A stretch of 64,000 nt of DNA from Octopus bimaculoides (taxonomy: Eukaryota), in assembly GCF_001194135.2 (NCBI RefSeq), contig NC_068990.1, positions 12,155,297-12,219,296 on the forward strand, in the 5' to 3' direction. Shown here piece by piece: positions 13,545 to 25,146 of the stretch (position 1 is its first letter; each line of letters begins with the position of its first letter). The position numbers were made by a program, and so were the translations under genes. The notes beneath the pieces are model-generated. The model made no database searches, had not been told where the DNA came from, and saw only the letters and a program-made list of their open reading frames with translations.

Positions 13545-13903
13545 AACAGGCTGAGGGGACTGAGTTCCTTTCAAGCATTGGGCCTCATGGAAGCAAAATG
13601 GCTGAGCTCCATTCGAGTGTTGGGCCTCATGGAGGCAATGATGAAGACCTTTGGCATTATGTCGTGCTTGAGAAGAAGACCCATTGAGCCAAGCAAAATC
13701 ACAGTCATGATAGATACCAATGTCATGGAAACGGCAACCATGCTGGTGGCATGTAAAAGCACCCATTATACTCTCAGAGGGGTTGGCATTAGCAAGGGCA
13801 TCCATCTGTAGAAAACCATGCCAAATCAGACTGGATCCTGGCGCAGCCTTCTGGCGAGCCAGCCCAGTAAAACCGTCCAACCCATGCCAGGATGGAATGA
13901 TAA
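13545..13903 (+). mobile_element. SINE-like family D copy, next to an inverted D 3' end at 13405-13530
   Basis: Shares ggtggcacgtaaaagcaccc...ggaagggcatccagctgtagaaa...caacccatgc-agcatgga with 23395-23730, 32660-32960, 56435-56650(-) and 63190-63530(-). Confidence 0.8.
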
Positions 13904-14788
13904 TACACACACACACAAACACACACGTATATGTGTGTAGGTATCCATGTATGTGTGTGTCAATGTGTGCGTATGTTATTGTGCTGTTTGTCCTCATCCA
14001 TCCACCACTCGACAACTGATGTGGGCTTCTTTATGGTCCCAGAACAGTTCAGCAAAAGAGTTCAATAGAATAAGTACCAGACTTCAAAAAAAAAAACAAG
14101 TACAGGGGTCAATCTGTTTAACTAAGACCCCTCAAAGCAATGTTGCTCCAGCATGGCCACAGTCCACAACTGCAACAATTAAAAGATAAACGGTATATCC
14201 TTCAGCTTTTTATGATAACAGAGTAAGACTCAAGTGAGATTCAGTTGTTATTTCTAGCACGTCGAGTGACTACACAGAAGCTCTCTTGTTGGATCATTAA
14301 AGAATTAGCATTAATTGCTGAACGATAAACATTCCACTGTTGTCATTTCTTGTATTACTAGGAGAATTGTTATCTCTGATTTGGAATGTATCTAGAAACA
14401 TACACACGCATATCTACCAAATTGTTATGAGACATGCAACGATCTGGCTACAAATCTGTTAATTAATTAATTGATTAATTGATCATACGATATATCTAAC
14501 TGCATTACTGTCTGTCTGGCTGTTTGTCAGCATATCTACTTATGTATATATATATATCATATCATATTATTTCATATAATATCATATAATATAATATAAT
14601 CATCGTTTAACACCCATGTTCCATGCTAATGTTGGTATAGGTTAGCCATATGTGTGTGCATGTATATAAATATATATATATATATATTTCGAAACGCCTG
14701 TGTTAGAATGGGGGGCATCGATATATACAGGTAGATGTAAGTATGTACATACATGTACGTATATATGCATATACTCATTTATTATTTG

Positions 14789-14831
<43 letters not shown>

Positions 14832-14834
<3 letters not shown>

Positions 14835-14990
14835 GCAGGTATTGGTAGTGCAAATCAGAGGCGCAATCTGTGTGGGTGTTTTTCAAAACATCGTCTGGTT
14901 TAAAAGGCCACATCAGACGACATGAAAGGGCTAAGGTGTAGGTGCAGGAGGTGGTCAAACTCTGTGTAAGGAGTAGACAACCACCATATA
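14832..14990 (+). mobile_element. Probable LINE 3' end with a decayed C2H2 zinc finger and terminal stem-loop
   Basis: Restoring one T in the T-run at about 14880 and CGC to TGC at 14862 gives CNLCGCFFKTSSGLKGHIRRHERAKV* (C-x2-C-x3-F-x5-L-x2-H-x3-H; stop at 14939-14941). Followed by GGTGGT..ACTC..GAGT..ACCACC hairpin (14950-14985) and (AT)n. Confidence 0.6.
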
Positions 14991-15053
14991 TATACACACA
15001 TATAATAGAAATATTAATATTTCTAAGTCTTCTCTAAAGGAGACAGATAGATC

Positions 15054-15117
<64 letters not shown>

Positions 15118-15659
15118 TGTACATATATATATGTTTATAAATATGTGTGTGTATTCATATTCTAGTGGGATATTTTAATTGATAAGTTTTTTCCATCAGC
15201 TTAACCCATCACCTGGGTTAGCACCACCACCTGACCTTTGGGCAGCTTTTAATAGCTGTCCACTCTAATGCAAATAAACAGGCCAGATCTCCGGTCTGAG
15301 AATAACTTATTCCCTTCCTTCTATCAGTCTTAGAGGCTCCAAAAAATGTCAAGGATATTGCCCTTCCTCCGCTAAGTCACGCCGAAAATGTAAAAAAATT
15401 AAACAGGAAAAGTAGTATATTTTGACATTTTATTGCATTGGAGAATTTTAAAAATCTTCAAATAATCATTAGATGACATTTCATTCAAATTATCCTCTGC
15501 TTTTTACCATTTAAGCTAAATAGCTTTGCTAGGTATTGCATAGGATTTGGACAGATTTTCAATGTTTGCGACATATTTCTGGCAAGTCTTTATTATGTAT
15601 AATAGATAAATGCTGAAGAATGGAAAGTGGTAAATGGAATTTGAGTAGGATACGTATTA

Positions 15660-15713
15660 TTAATCATCATCACCATCGTTGTCATTGGTCGTCATTGGTC
15701 ATCATCGTCATCG

Positions 15714-15744
<31 letters not shown>

Positions 15745-15838
15745 CAACATCGTCATCGTCATCATTATCATCATCATCCTCAACATCATCATCATCATCA
15801 TCATCATCATTATCGTCATCGTCGTCGTCGTCGTCATC

Positions 15839-15889
<51 letters not shown>

Positions 15890-15900
15890 TTTATCATTAT
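15660..15900. repeat. Imperfect (CAT)n/(CGT)n trinucleotide tract
   Basis: Visible directly. Source of the poly-His, poly-Ile and poly-Met ORFs in the track. Confidence 0.95.
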
Positions 15901-17322
15901 CACTTGAGCTGGATGCACTCGTCTGGCTCGCCAGCTCCGGTGAAACTGTCTAACCCATGCCAGCATGGAAAAATGGACGTTAAATGATGATGATAATGAA
16001 CTTTTTCAGCATCATCCTTGTTATTGTCATACTGTCATCATTTTCATCATTGTCATCTTTGTTGTAATCCTCATCTTCATCAACAATAACAGCAACAACT
16101 GATTCTACAAAAACAGAGAATCTTTATGTGGTCCTTGGGCTTGCTAGAAATAACAGTTGGGTCTCCAATGCTAAAAAACTATGTCATATATTATGTTGTA
16201 TTAGATGTATAATGTTTGGCACAGAAAAAAGGCAAAATGTGATGGTCATGGGTGGAACACTTTTATCACAAACTCTGCTTAATCAAAAATGATTGAAGGG
16301 GTCTAAACAATAGTAACAACAACAACTTTGTCTCTTGTCATCACCACCAGCAGCAGCAGCAGTAGCAGCAACATCATAAGCCACATCATCATCAGTAACA
16401 GCAGCAGCAGCAGCATTTCCACTCTCAGAACCACCACTATTTCTACTACTACTACTGCTACTACTGCNNNNNNNNNNNNNNNNNNNNNNNNNNNNNNNNN
16501 NNNNNNNNNNNNNNNNNNNNNNNNNNNNNNNNNNNNNNNNNNNNNNNNNNNNNNNNNNNNNNNNNNNNNNNNNNNNNNNNNNNNNNNNNNNNNNNNNNNN
16601 NNNNNNNNNNNNNNNNNNNNNNNNNNNNNNNNNNNNNNNNNNNNNNNNNNNNNNNNNNNNNNNNNNNNNNNNNNNNNNNNNNNNNNNNNNNNNNNNNNNN
16701 NNNNNNNNNNNNNNNNNNNNNNNNNNNNNNNNNNNNNNNNNNNNNNNNNNNNNNNNNCACCACCACCGCCACCACCGCCTCGAACCGCCAATGCTACCAT
16801 CACTGCAGTCATCACCACTCTTGTTTCTTTACTCTCAAAGGTGGAATGGATCTGTAGTATGGCATACTGCCACTCCTCCTATAACCGTTTCATTTTCTCT
16901 GTAGTAATGCTTAAACTTCATGATAATCCAAATTCCTCGCTTAGTTCTTCATCTTCTTTCATCTTCCTCTACCTTGAATACCTCCCAGTCTTGGCATACA
17001 GCACTCTTTCACCCAGTAGGTGTCATGTATTCACATAAAACGCCCACACCACCACAGACACCACTCCTCTACATATAAAATGATAATACCTTTAATACTC
17101 TACTTGCACCAAAGCATTCATGTAAATTGATGTTGTATACTTAATAGGTTACTCTTAACTCATTTCTTTCCATCTTCTAAAGATCTTTTGCACTCAATAT
17201 CCAAAATCGTGAAAGTTGGCAGAGTTGTTAGAGCAGAAGAAGAACTAACTCCTAACGTGTTTTATGGATCTCGTTCCTCTGAGTTCGAATTTTACAGGGT
17301 TCAACTCTGCTGGAATATATAT

Positions 17323-17653
17323 GTTGTTGGCACTCTGTCGCTTACGACGTCGAGGGTTCCAGTTGATCCGATCAACAGAACAGACTACTCGTGAAATTAA
17401 CGCGCTAGTGGCTGAGCTCTCCACAGACACGTGTACCCTTAACGTAGTTCTCGGGGATATTCAGCGTGACACAGTGTGACAAGGCTGACCCTTTGAATTA
17501 CAGGCACAACAGAAACAGGAAGAAAGAGTGAGAGAAAGTGGTGGTGAAAGAGTACAGCAGGGTTCGCCACCATCCCCTGCCAGTTTGGGAATCGAAACCG
17601 CGATCCTATGACCTTGAGTCTGTTGCCCTAACCACTGGGCCATTGCGCCTCCA
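17323..17653 (-). mobile_element. SINE family C with 12-bp TSD and internal deletion
   Basis: tggaatatatat at 17311-17322 and 17654-17665. Reverse complement matches 57678-58061 but lacks about 55 bp after the B box. Confidence 0.92.
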
Positions 17654-17660
17654 TGGAATA

Positions 17661-17850
17661 TATATAAGGAGCTAACAAACACACATTCACACATAAATAA
17701 AGTCAGTTTGATATATGTTTATCATATATAAGATAAACAGGATCACACAGTTTACAAAGCCAATATTTCATTCATTCATTCTCGTGATTGTACACAACAG
17801 TGTGATGAAATGCAGCTGAAGTCAAAGGTCATGCGATCATTTGAATATAC
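17661..17850 (+). repeat. About 190-bp dispersed repeat, copy 2
   Basis: Matches 10711-10903. Ends where the RTE fragment begins. Confidence 0.85.
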
Positions 17851-18150
17851 TGCTGGAAAGGGCAGATGGAGTGTGGTGGTATAGGCATGTGTTGAGGAGG
17901 GATGAGAAGCATGTTCTGAGGTGAGGAGGGTGCTTGAGTTTGAGGTAAATGGACCGCGAAAGCGTGGTAGACCAAGGAAAACGTGGAGGGGACCAGTGGA
18001 AGAGGAGACTGGGTGGATGGGCTTGAGAAGGGAGGATGCCCAAAACCTGGCAAGATTGTGAGATAGTGTGAGGGTGGTTGCTATGGCATTGAGATAGATC
18101 TGGCCACACCCGTTAACGGGAACAAAACCCAGATTTAAAACACTGGATGA
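17851..18150 (+). mobile_element. 5'-truncated RTE-clade LINE 3' end (ORF C-terminus pseudogene)
   Basis: 17862-18097 translates, with one frameshift and stops, as ADGVWWYRHVLRRDEKHVLR/RVLEFEVNGPRKRGRPRKTWRGPVEEETGWMGLRREDAQNLARL*DSVRVVAMALR*. This fits the RTE WxGHVxR...GxRxRGRPxxxW C-terminal signature and is followed by a (GAT)n tail. Confidence 0.88.
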
Positions 18151-18368
18151 TGATGGCAATGATGATGATGGCGATGATGATGATGGTGATGATGATGATG
18201 GCCATGATGATGATGGCCATGATGATGATGGCCATGATGATGATGGCCATGATGATGATGGCCATGATGATGATGGCCATGATGATGATGGCGATGATGA
18301 CGATGGCGATGATGATGATGGCTATGATGATGATGGCGAGGATGATGATGATGATGATGATGATGATG
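18147..18368 (+). repeat. 15-bp minisatellite (atgatgatgatggcc)n expanded from the LINE tail
   Basis: Seen directly. Gives the MMMMA repeat in the ORF track. Confidence 0.92.
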
Positions 18369-18530
18369 TAAAGGTCAGCAGATGAGTGAAATTATCAGTG
18401 TCAAATGAGATGCTTTGCAGTATTCATTTCTGGCTCTTTGTATTCTAAGTTCAAATCCTTCTAAGATCGATTTTGTCTCTCTTCGTTTCAGGGTCCCATA
18501 AAATGAACTTTCCATCAGGCTGACAAATCA

Positions 18531-18875
18531 GAGGAGTGAAGGTGTGTGTCATGATTGGTTCAGGTATTTGTGTCATGATTGTGTCAAGGTTGCAAGTTCA
18601 CTTCTTGGTGGCATGCTGTGTCCCCGAGTAAGACACTTTACTTCATGTTGCTCCACTCCACTCCACTCCACTCAACTAGCAAAAATGAGTTGTACCTGTA
18701 ATTCAAAGGGCCAGCCTTGTCACATTTTGTACCCTGTTGAATCTTGCTGAGAACTACATTATGAGTACACAAGTCTGTGGAGTACTCAGTCACTTGCCTC
18801 TTAATTTCAAGAGCAGGCTGTTTTGTTGATCAGCTCAAATGGAACCCTTATTACTGTAACCAACAAAGTGCCATT
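18531..18875 (+). mobile_element. Old chimeric SINE: family F head joined to family C tail
   Basis: Up to aaaaatgagt (18690) it resembles 46276-46421. From tgtacctgtaattcaaaggg (18691) it resembles 57875-58061. Confidence 0.75.
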
Positions 18876-19147
18876 GCAACAGAGAAAGTGCAGGGTGTTA
18901 ATGAAATACCTTATTGTATTCATTCAACCTCTAAGATTCTGAGTTCAAATCCTACTGATGAAAGCTTTGTCGTTTGTCTTTTCAGAGAACAATAAAATAT
19001 AGTTGCAGTCAAGGCTGGTAGATTGGTAGAATTGTTTGGCAGAATAATTCTGTGTATATTAAGTGATATTTATCTATCATCAGATTGGGTATTTCTTTTG
19101 TTGAACCTACCAATAATGGAACAGTTAACTATATGCATGTGTATGTG

Positions 19148-19219
<72 letters not shown>

Positions 19220-20041
19220 TTTGTTTGTTTCATTGTCTCCGTACCTTGACAGTGTGATAGCTGTAAATAAATATCATTGTCGTGCAACTGATGTCCTTCA
19301 TTTCCAATCTTCCATAAAAACATGTCTGGTCACAGGGAAATATTACTTTGCTTGGAAACAGATGGGGGGTCGGGGACAAGAAGAGCATCTGGTCATAGAA
19401 AATCTGCCTCAAAGAATTCCATTTGATTCATGCAAGTATGGACAAGGGAATGTTAAACAGCGACGATGATATTGGTGGTGACGGCGGTCGTGGTGGTGGC
19501 AGAAACAAATCCGTTGATTAAAACTATGATGACATTAATTACAATGAAACAATCATTAACTGTGAATAAAATAAATCGATGTTATACAGCAAAATGCCAT
19601 GCAGAACCAGTAAACCAAAATCATGTTTTAGGTCACTATCANNNNNNNNNNNNNNNNNNNNNNNNNNNNNNNNNNNNNNNNNNNNNNNNNNNNNNNNNNN
19701 NNNNNNNNNNNNNNNNNNNNNNNNNNNNNNNNNNNNNNNNNTATATGTATGTATATATATATATATATACATACATTGAAAAAGAGAGAGCTTATAGCTG
19801 TGTGTTCATATGTATCTGTACTTGTATGTGTATACATGTTTAAATCTTTCTCTCCAACCAATCGTTACTTAAACAATTTATATGCCTCCCCACTTCTTTG
19901 TTAATAAGTGCTTCAATACATATATGTGTATGTGTAACCATATGCATGCATGTCTATATAAATATATATACATATATAAATAAGTATATAGATATATATA
20001 CACACACACACAAATTTTACATGCAAAACGCAAATGCATAC

Positions 20042-20075
<34 letters not shown>

Positions 20076-20320
20076 ATCCTGCACAAACATGAGCCCAGAA
20101 CACACACATACACACACCCACACACACACACGCACACACACAAATACAAACATATATATTTACATACGCACACATGTTGACATACATATATTTTACTCAC
20201 AAAATACAAACACATAATATATAATTCACAAAAGTGTGATTCTATCCAAGCGTAAGCCAAGACCACATACGTAGAGAAACACACATATTTACCACAGAAT
20301 CATACACCAATCTTTAGCTG

Positions 20321-20361
<41 letters not shown>

Positions 20362-22508
20362 ACACACATATACATACATATTTTCTACAGATGTAACATG
20401 AGCAACATGTCAACTGAGATAATTCAAATTTTCCTCGTTCGCTTAGCTACTATATTGACCAATGATAAGATTTTAAAGAGTGGGTCATGAAGACACCTAA
20501 ACAGCCTTCTTGGAGTTTGAACCCTAATATGGTTAAAGGAGGAATTATGTGCCATTAAGGATTTATATGCCATTGAGGATTTACGTTAAATTACCGGAAT
20601 AGTACCACAGTTCTTATGTTTGACCGGCTCCATTAAGCATGTATGTATATGCATATAAATATATATATATATTTAAATATATTTATTCTCCGTTTTTCAA
20701 TTATCCATAGAGTTGGTATCTATCCACCGCACCCCACGACCACCACCTTTTTTGCTACTGTCTTTTCTTTCTATGCCATGTCATGCATATTTCTCTGCTT
20801 ACATTTCTCTCTCTTTCTTTCTCTCTTTCTCTGTCTCTCTCACACACACACTCATACACACATACACACATGTATGTGTATATATATATATATNNNNNNN
20901 NNNNNNNNNNNNNNNNNNNNNNNNNNNNNNNNNNNNNNNNNNNNNNNNNNNNNNNNNNNNNNNNNNNNNNNNNNNNNNNNNNNNNNNNNNNNNNNNNNNN
21001 NNNNNNNNNNNNNNNNNNNNNNNNNNNNNNNNNNNNNNNNNNNNNNNNNNNNNNNNNNNNNNNNNNNNNNNNNNNNNNNNNNNNNNNNNNNNNNNNNNNN
21101 NNNNNNNNNNNNNNNNNNNNNNNNNNNNNNNNNNNNNNNNNNNNNNNNNNNNNNNNNNNNNNNNNNNNNNNNNNNNNCACACACAGATACACGCACGCAA
21201 CACATCCCTTTATGTGTGTGTGTGTTTGTATGTGTGCGCATGTGTATTTATGCATAAGTCTATCTGTGTGACTTTCTTTTGTGCAACACAGCTTTAAATC
21301 TAAACAATAATAAACTTGAAGGGGATTATATATTATGTTTGCTCACTTTCCATGCTCCTGTTCTTAATAACAACAACAACAACAACAACAACAGCAGCAG
21401 CAGCAGCAGTATAAACAAAACATTTCCTAAAACACCTTTGTTTAAAAAAAAAAAAACCTTTTTTTCCTAAATCCTAAATCTATTTACTTTCAGACTGTTC
21501 TCCAATCATGTCTCCTTGTTTTATTCTTAGCAAACAGCAAAGGGTCTTTACCCACATGTTACATAATTTTCTTACCTTAACACCCTTTCCAATGTTCCTC
21601 CCTCTTTTTATCTGATCATTGAATAGATTGAAGCCAAATCTGTTGCATGCACTTCTCCTCCTACACCAGGGATTATCTGGAGTCGTTTTTGTTTTTTTTT
21701 TATCTATGCTATGCTATTATGTCCACGTGTTTCATATTTAAGAAACCTCCTACTTAAGTTGTCTTATACTTACGTTTTATAATACTTATGTTATGTTGTT
21801 GTTCTAATCCTTTCTATTGAAATCAAAGCCATGAAAACTCGGACCTGTACACTCAAAAAACACATGTGCATGTACACACACACTCACACACACACACACT
21901 GATATACGGACAAATTTACAAACATAAAACAAGTCTTTGTGTATGTTTCTATGCATGTATATATATATATATATATANNNNNNNNNNTCCTCAGTCAAAT
22001 CGTCCAACCCATGCTAGCATGGAAAGCGGACGTTAAACGATGATGAGGATGATGATGACATTGATAGATAGATAGATAGATAGATAGATACAGGTATATA
22101 TACATAGATAGATAGATATAGATACAAATATATATATGTGTGTGTGTGTATTTATGCGTGCATACATATTTCGTTTGCGGTCATTGTTGTGGAGAGGCTA
22201 GCACACATCCTTAATGAATTTGAATTAAAGGTAGTAGCATAAATAAAAATAGCTAAATATTTCTTGTTGTTGTTTAACCCTAGGTCACACCAGATGGGGT
22301 AAAACCATGACCCTATTCATAACTCACCTATCTTCACTTTTATCTAGGTCTGTAATATATCATATTTTTATATATGACTTTTATTTTTTTTATTTTGATA
22401 CAAAAGTCTGACTTGACTGTTATTTTTAGCATTTTCAGAGACTATGCTAAGACTCTCAAACTGGTTCATAAGCCTGTATGATCACTCTCATAATGTATAA
22501 CATTAAAC

Positions 22509-22740
22509 CAGCATTTCTCAACCGGGGTTCCAAGTTTAGGAACCTATCTAAGTTGTTGAAGATGACGATGAACAATTGTATGGTCTGAACTAAGCTTTAT
22601 TGCCAATTCTTCAACTGATAATGCAGGATTATCTTCAAGTAATTCCTCAAGGATTTTATCATCAAACTCAACTGGACATCCTGAACCTGGAACCATGTGG
22701 TTGGTAAGCAAGCTACTTACCACACAGCCACACCTGCACC

Positions 22741-22772
<32 letters not shown>

Positions 22773-23072
22773 TNNNNNNNNNNNNNNNNNNNNNNNNNNN
22801 NNNNNNNNNNNNNNNNNNNNNNNNNNNNNNNNNNNNNNNNNNNNNNNNNNNNNNNNNNNNNNNNNNNNNNNNNNNNNNNNNNNNNNNNNNNNNNNNNNNN
22901 NNNNNNNNNNNNNNNNNNNNNNNNNNACACACATATATATATATATATGATTTTAACTATGATGAAATAATATGAGAAAGATATGGAATGTAATTTTTTT
23001 TGTACTGGGGTTCTTTGAGACATGTACTTTATCTTAAGGCATGCACAAGGATAAAAAGGTTGAGAAACACTG
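22509..23072. mobile_element. hAT (Charlie-like) MITE with 15-bp TIRs and 8-bp TSD
   Basis: Left TIR cagcatttctcaacc (22509-22523). Right TIR ggttgagaaacactg (23058-23072), 13/15 complementary. TSD cattaaac (22501-22508) / tattaaac (23073-23080). Confidence 0.8.
22547..22681 (-). pseudogene. Mariner-family transposase HTH fragment
   Basis: GCPVEFDDKILEELLEDNPALSVEELAIKLSSDHTIVHRHLQQLR resembles the mariner GRPxxxDxxxLxxxxExDPxxTxxELAxxLxxxHxTVxRHLxxxG DNA-binding segment. Cut at 22681 by a family A SINE head. Confidence 0.85.
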
Positions 23073-23394
23073 TATTAAACAAATGAAGTAATTTGGTACA
23101 ACTCTCTCGTAACATTCATTGAACATTTTTAATTCTGCTCAGATATGGATATAAAATCTCATTTTCTAGTTCAGTGGTCCCAATATCTTTTATCTTTTAT
23201 TTGTCTAAGTCATTAAGTTGCAGTCATGCAGGGGTCACAGCCTTCAAGGGTCTAAGGCAAAAAAACCAGTCCAAGTGCCTATTTTTTAAAAATCAGGTAC
23301 CACAATGTTTGGGGATGGAGGTGTAAACAAATAAAGACCACTCGTGAAGCATACACTCACAATCACACACACACATACACACAAATATATATAT

Positions 23395-23730
23395 TCGAGT
23401 GTTGGGCCCCACGGAGGTGGGCCCCACGGAGGCAATAACCAAGAGCTTTGGCATTGTCATGTTTGAGAAGAAGACCCATCGAGCTGAGCAAAATCACAGT
23501 CATGGCAGATACCAGTGTCGGTCACACAAATTGGCACCCGCGGTGATGGCACATAAAAGCACCCATTACACTCTTGGAGTGGTTGGCATTAGGAAGGGCA
23601 TCCAGCTGTAGAAAACCATGCCAAATCAGACTGGAGTCTGGTGCAGCATTCTAGTGTGCTAGTCCAGTAAAACCGTGCAACCCATGCCAGTGTGGACAAT
23701 GGACGTTAAATGATAATGATGATGATGATA
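23395..23730 (+). mobile_element. SINE-like family D copy
   Basis: Matches 13600-13903. Ends ggacgttaaatgataatgatgat. Confidence 0.8.
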
Positions 23731-24764
23731 TAAATATATACGATGGGCTTCCTTACAGTTTCCATCTATGAGATTCACTCACAAGGCTCTAGTCAACTTG
23801 GGAGCATAGGAGACATTCGCCTAATGTAGCACAAAGTGGGGCTTAACCCAAAACGACATGGTTGTAAAGCTTCTTCTTTAACCACAAAGTCATACTTCTG
23901 TGTGGAATTTCTCTCAACAGAGAATGTATGCTTTCTTTTCACTCTTTAAGATTGCTGTAAAATGCAAAACTTCCAATAGGAAATGCAGTTTTCTCCAGAT
24001 TTTTCCCTGTCTGAAAAAGAGACCCCCCCCTCCCCAATTTATCTTTGCGGTATAAGTGTATACATATATATACCTTTTAATTATTAATTCTTTCAGTTAT
24101 TAACCTGCATCCATGCTGGAACACCACCTTGAAGAATTTCTAGCTGAATGTATTGAACCCAGTACATATTAGTTTATAAAGCCAGGTACTTTTTCTATCA
24201 GTTTATTTTGCTGGACTGCTAAGTTACAGGGATGTAAACACACCAATACCTGTTATCAAGTGGTGGGGGACGGACAAACGCAGACACAAATGCACACACA
24301 CACACATACACACACACAAATATATATCAATGTCGTGATAAACTTTATTTGTTATATATATATATACATATAAGGTTTATACCATGTCCTTTCTATAAAA
24401 CAATACTCAGCTGCTATGCTCTGGACACTTAACACATAAAAGTATAAAAATGAAATGGTATATCTTTTTTCTACTTCCAACAAGATTCAACTTTATAATG
24501 ATTTAAATATTTTAATTAATTTCTAAAGTTTGAATCGAAACAGCTGTCAGAGATTATGTCTAATTTTGTAATTAATTAATAGATAATTATTAATTGATTT
24601 ATCTCTGTTTTCTTAAATAAATATAAACCTTGGTTCATCTAATTACCTTATTTCTGAATATTAAATATAATATTCAAAATAAATAATAGGTAATAAACCA
24701 GTAAATTCATAGATTTGATTATCCTTTAATGAGGTATTTAACCTTTAATTGAACTATATATATC

Positions 24765-24799
<35 letters not shown>

Positions 24800-25106
24800 G
24801 TATACGACAGACTTCTTTCAGTTTCCATCTACCAAATCCACTCACAATGCTTTGGTTAGCCTAGAGCTCTAGTAGAAGACACTTGCCCAAGGTGCCACAC
24901 TGTGGGACTGAACCTGGAACAATGTGGTTGGAAGCAAGCTTCTTACCACACAGCCNNNNNNNNNNNNNNNNNNNNNNNNNNNNNNNNNNNNNNNNNNNNN
25001 NNNNNNNNNNNNNNNNNNNNNNNNNNNNNNNNNNNNNNNNNNNNNNNNNNNNNNNNNNNNNNNNNNNNNNNNNNNNNNNNNNNNNNNNNNNNNNNNNNNN
25101 NNNNNN

Positions 25107-25146
<40 letters not shown>

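Noticed and set aside
21774-21845. Minus-strand AG...GTAAGT segment (GPSFHGFDFNRKD*)
   Set aside because: All three frames contain stops before the donor, so it is unsupported as a coding exon.
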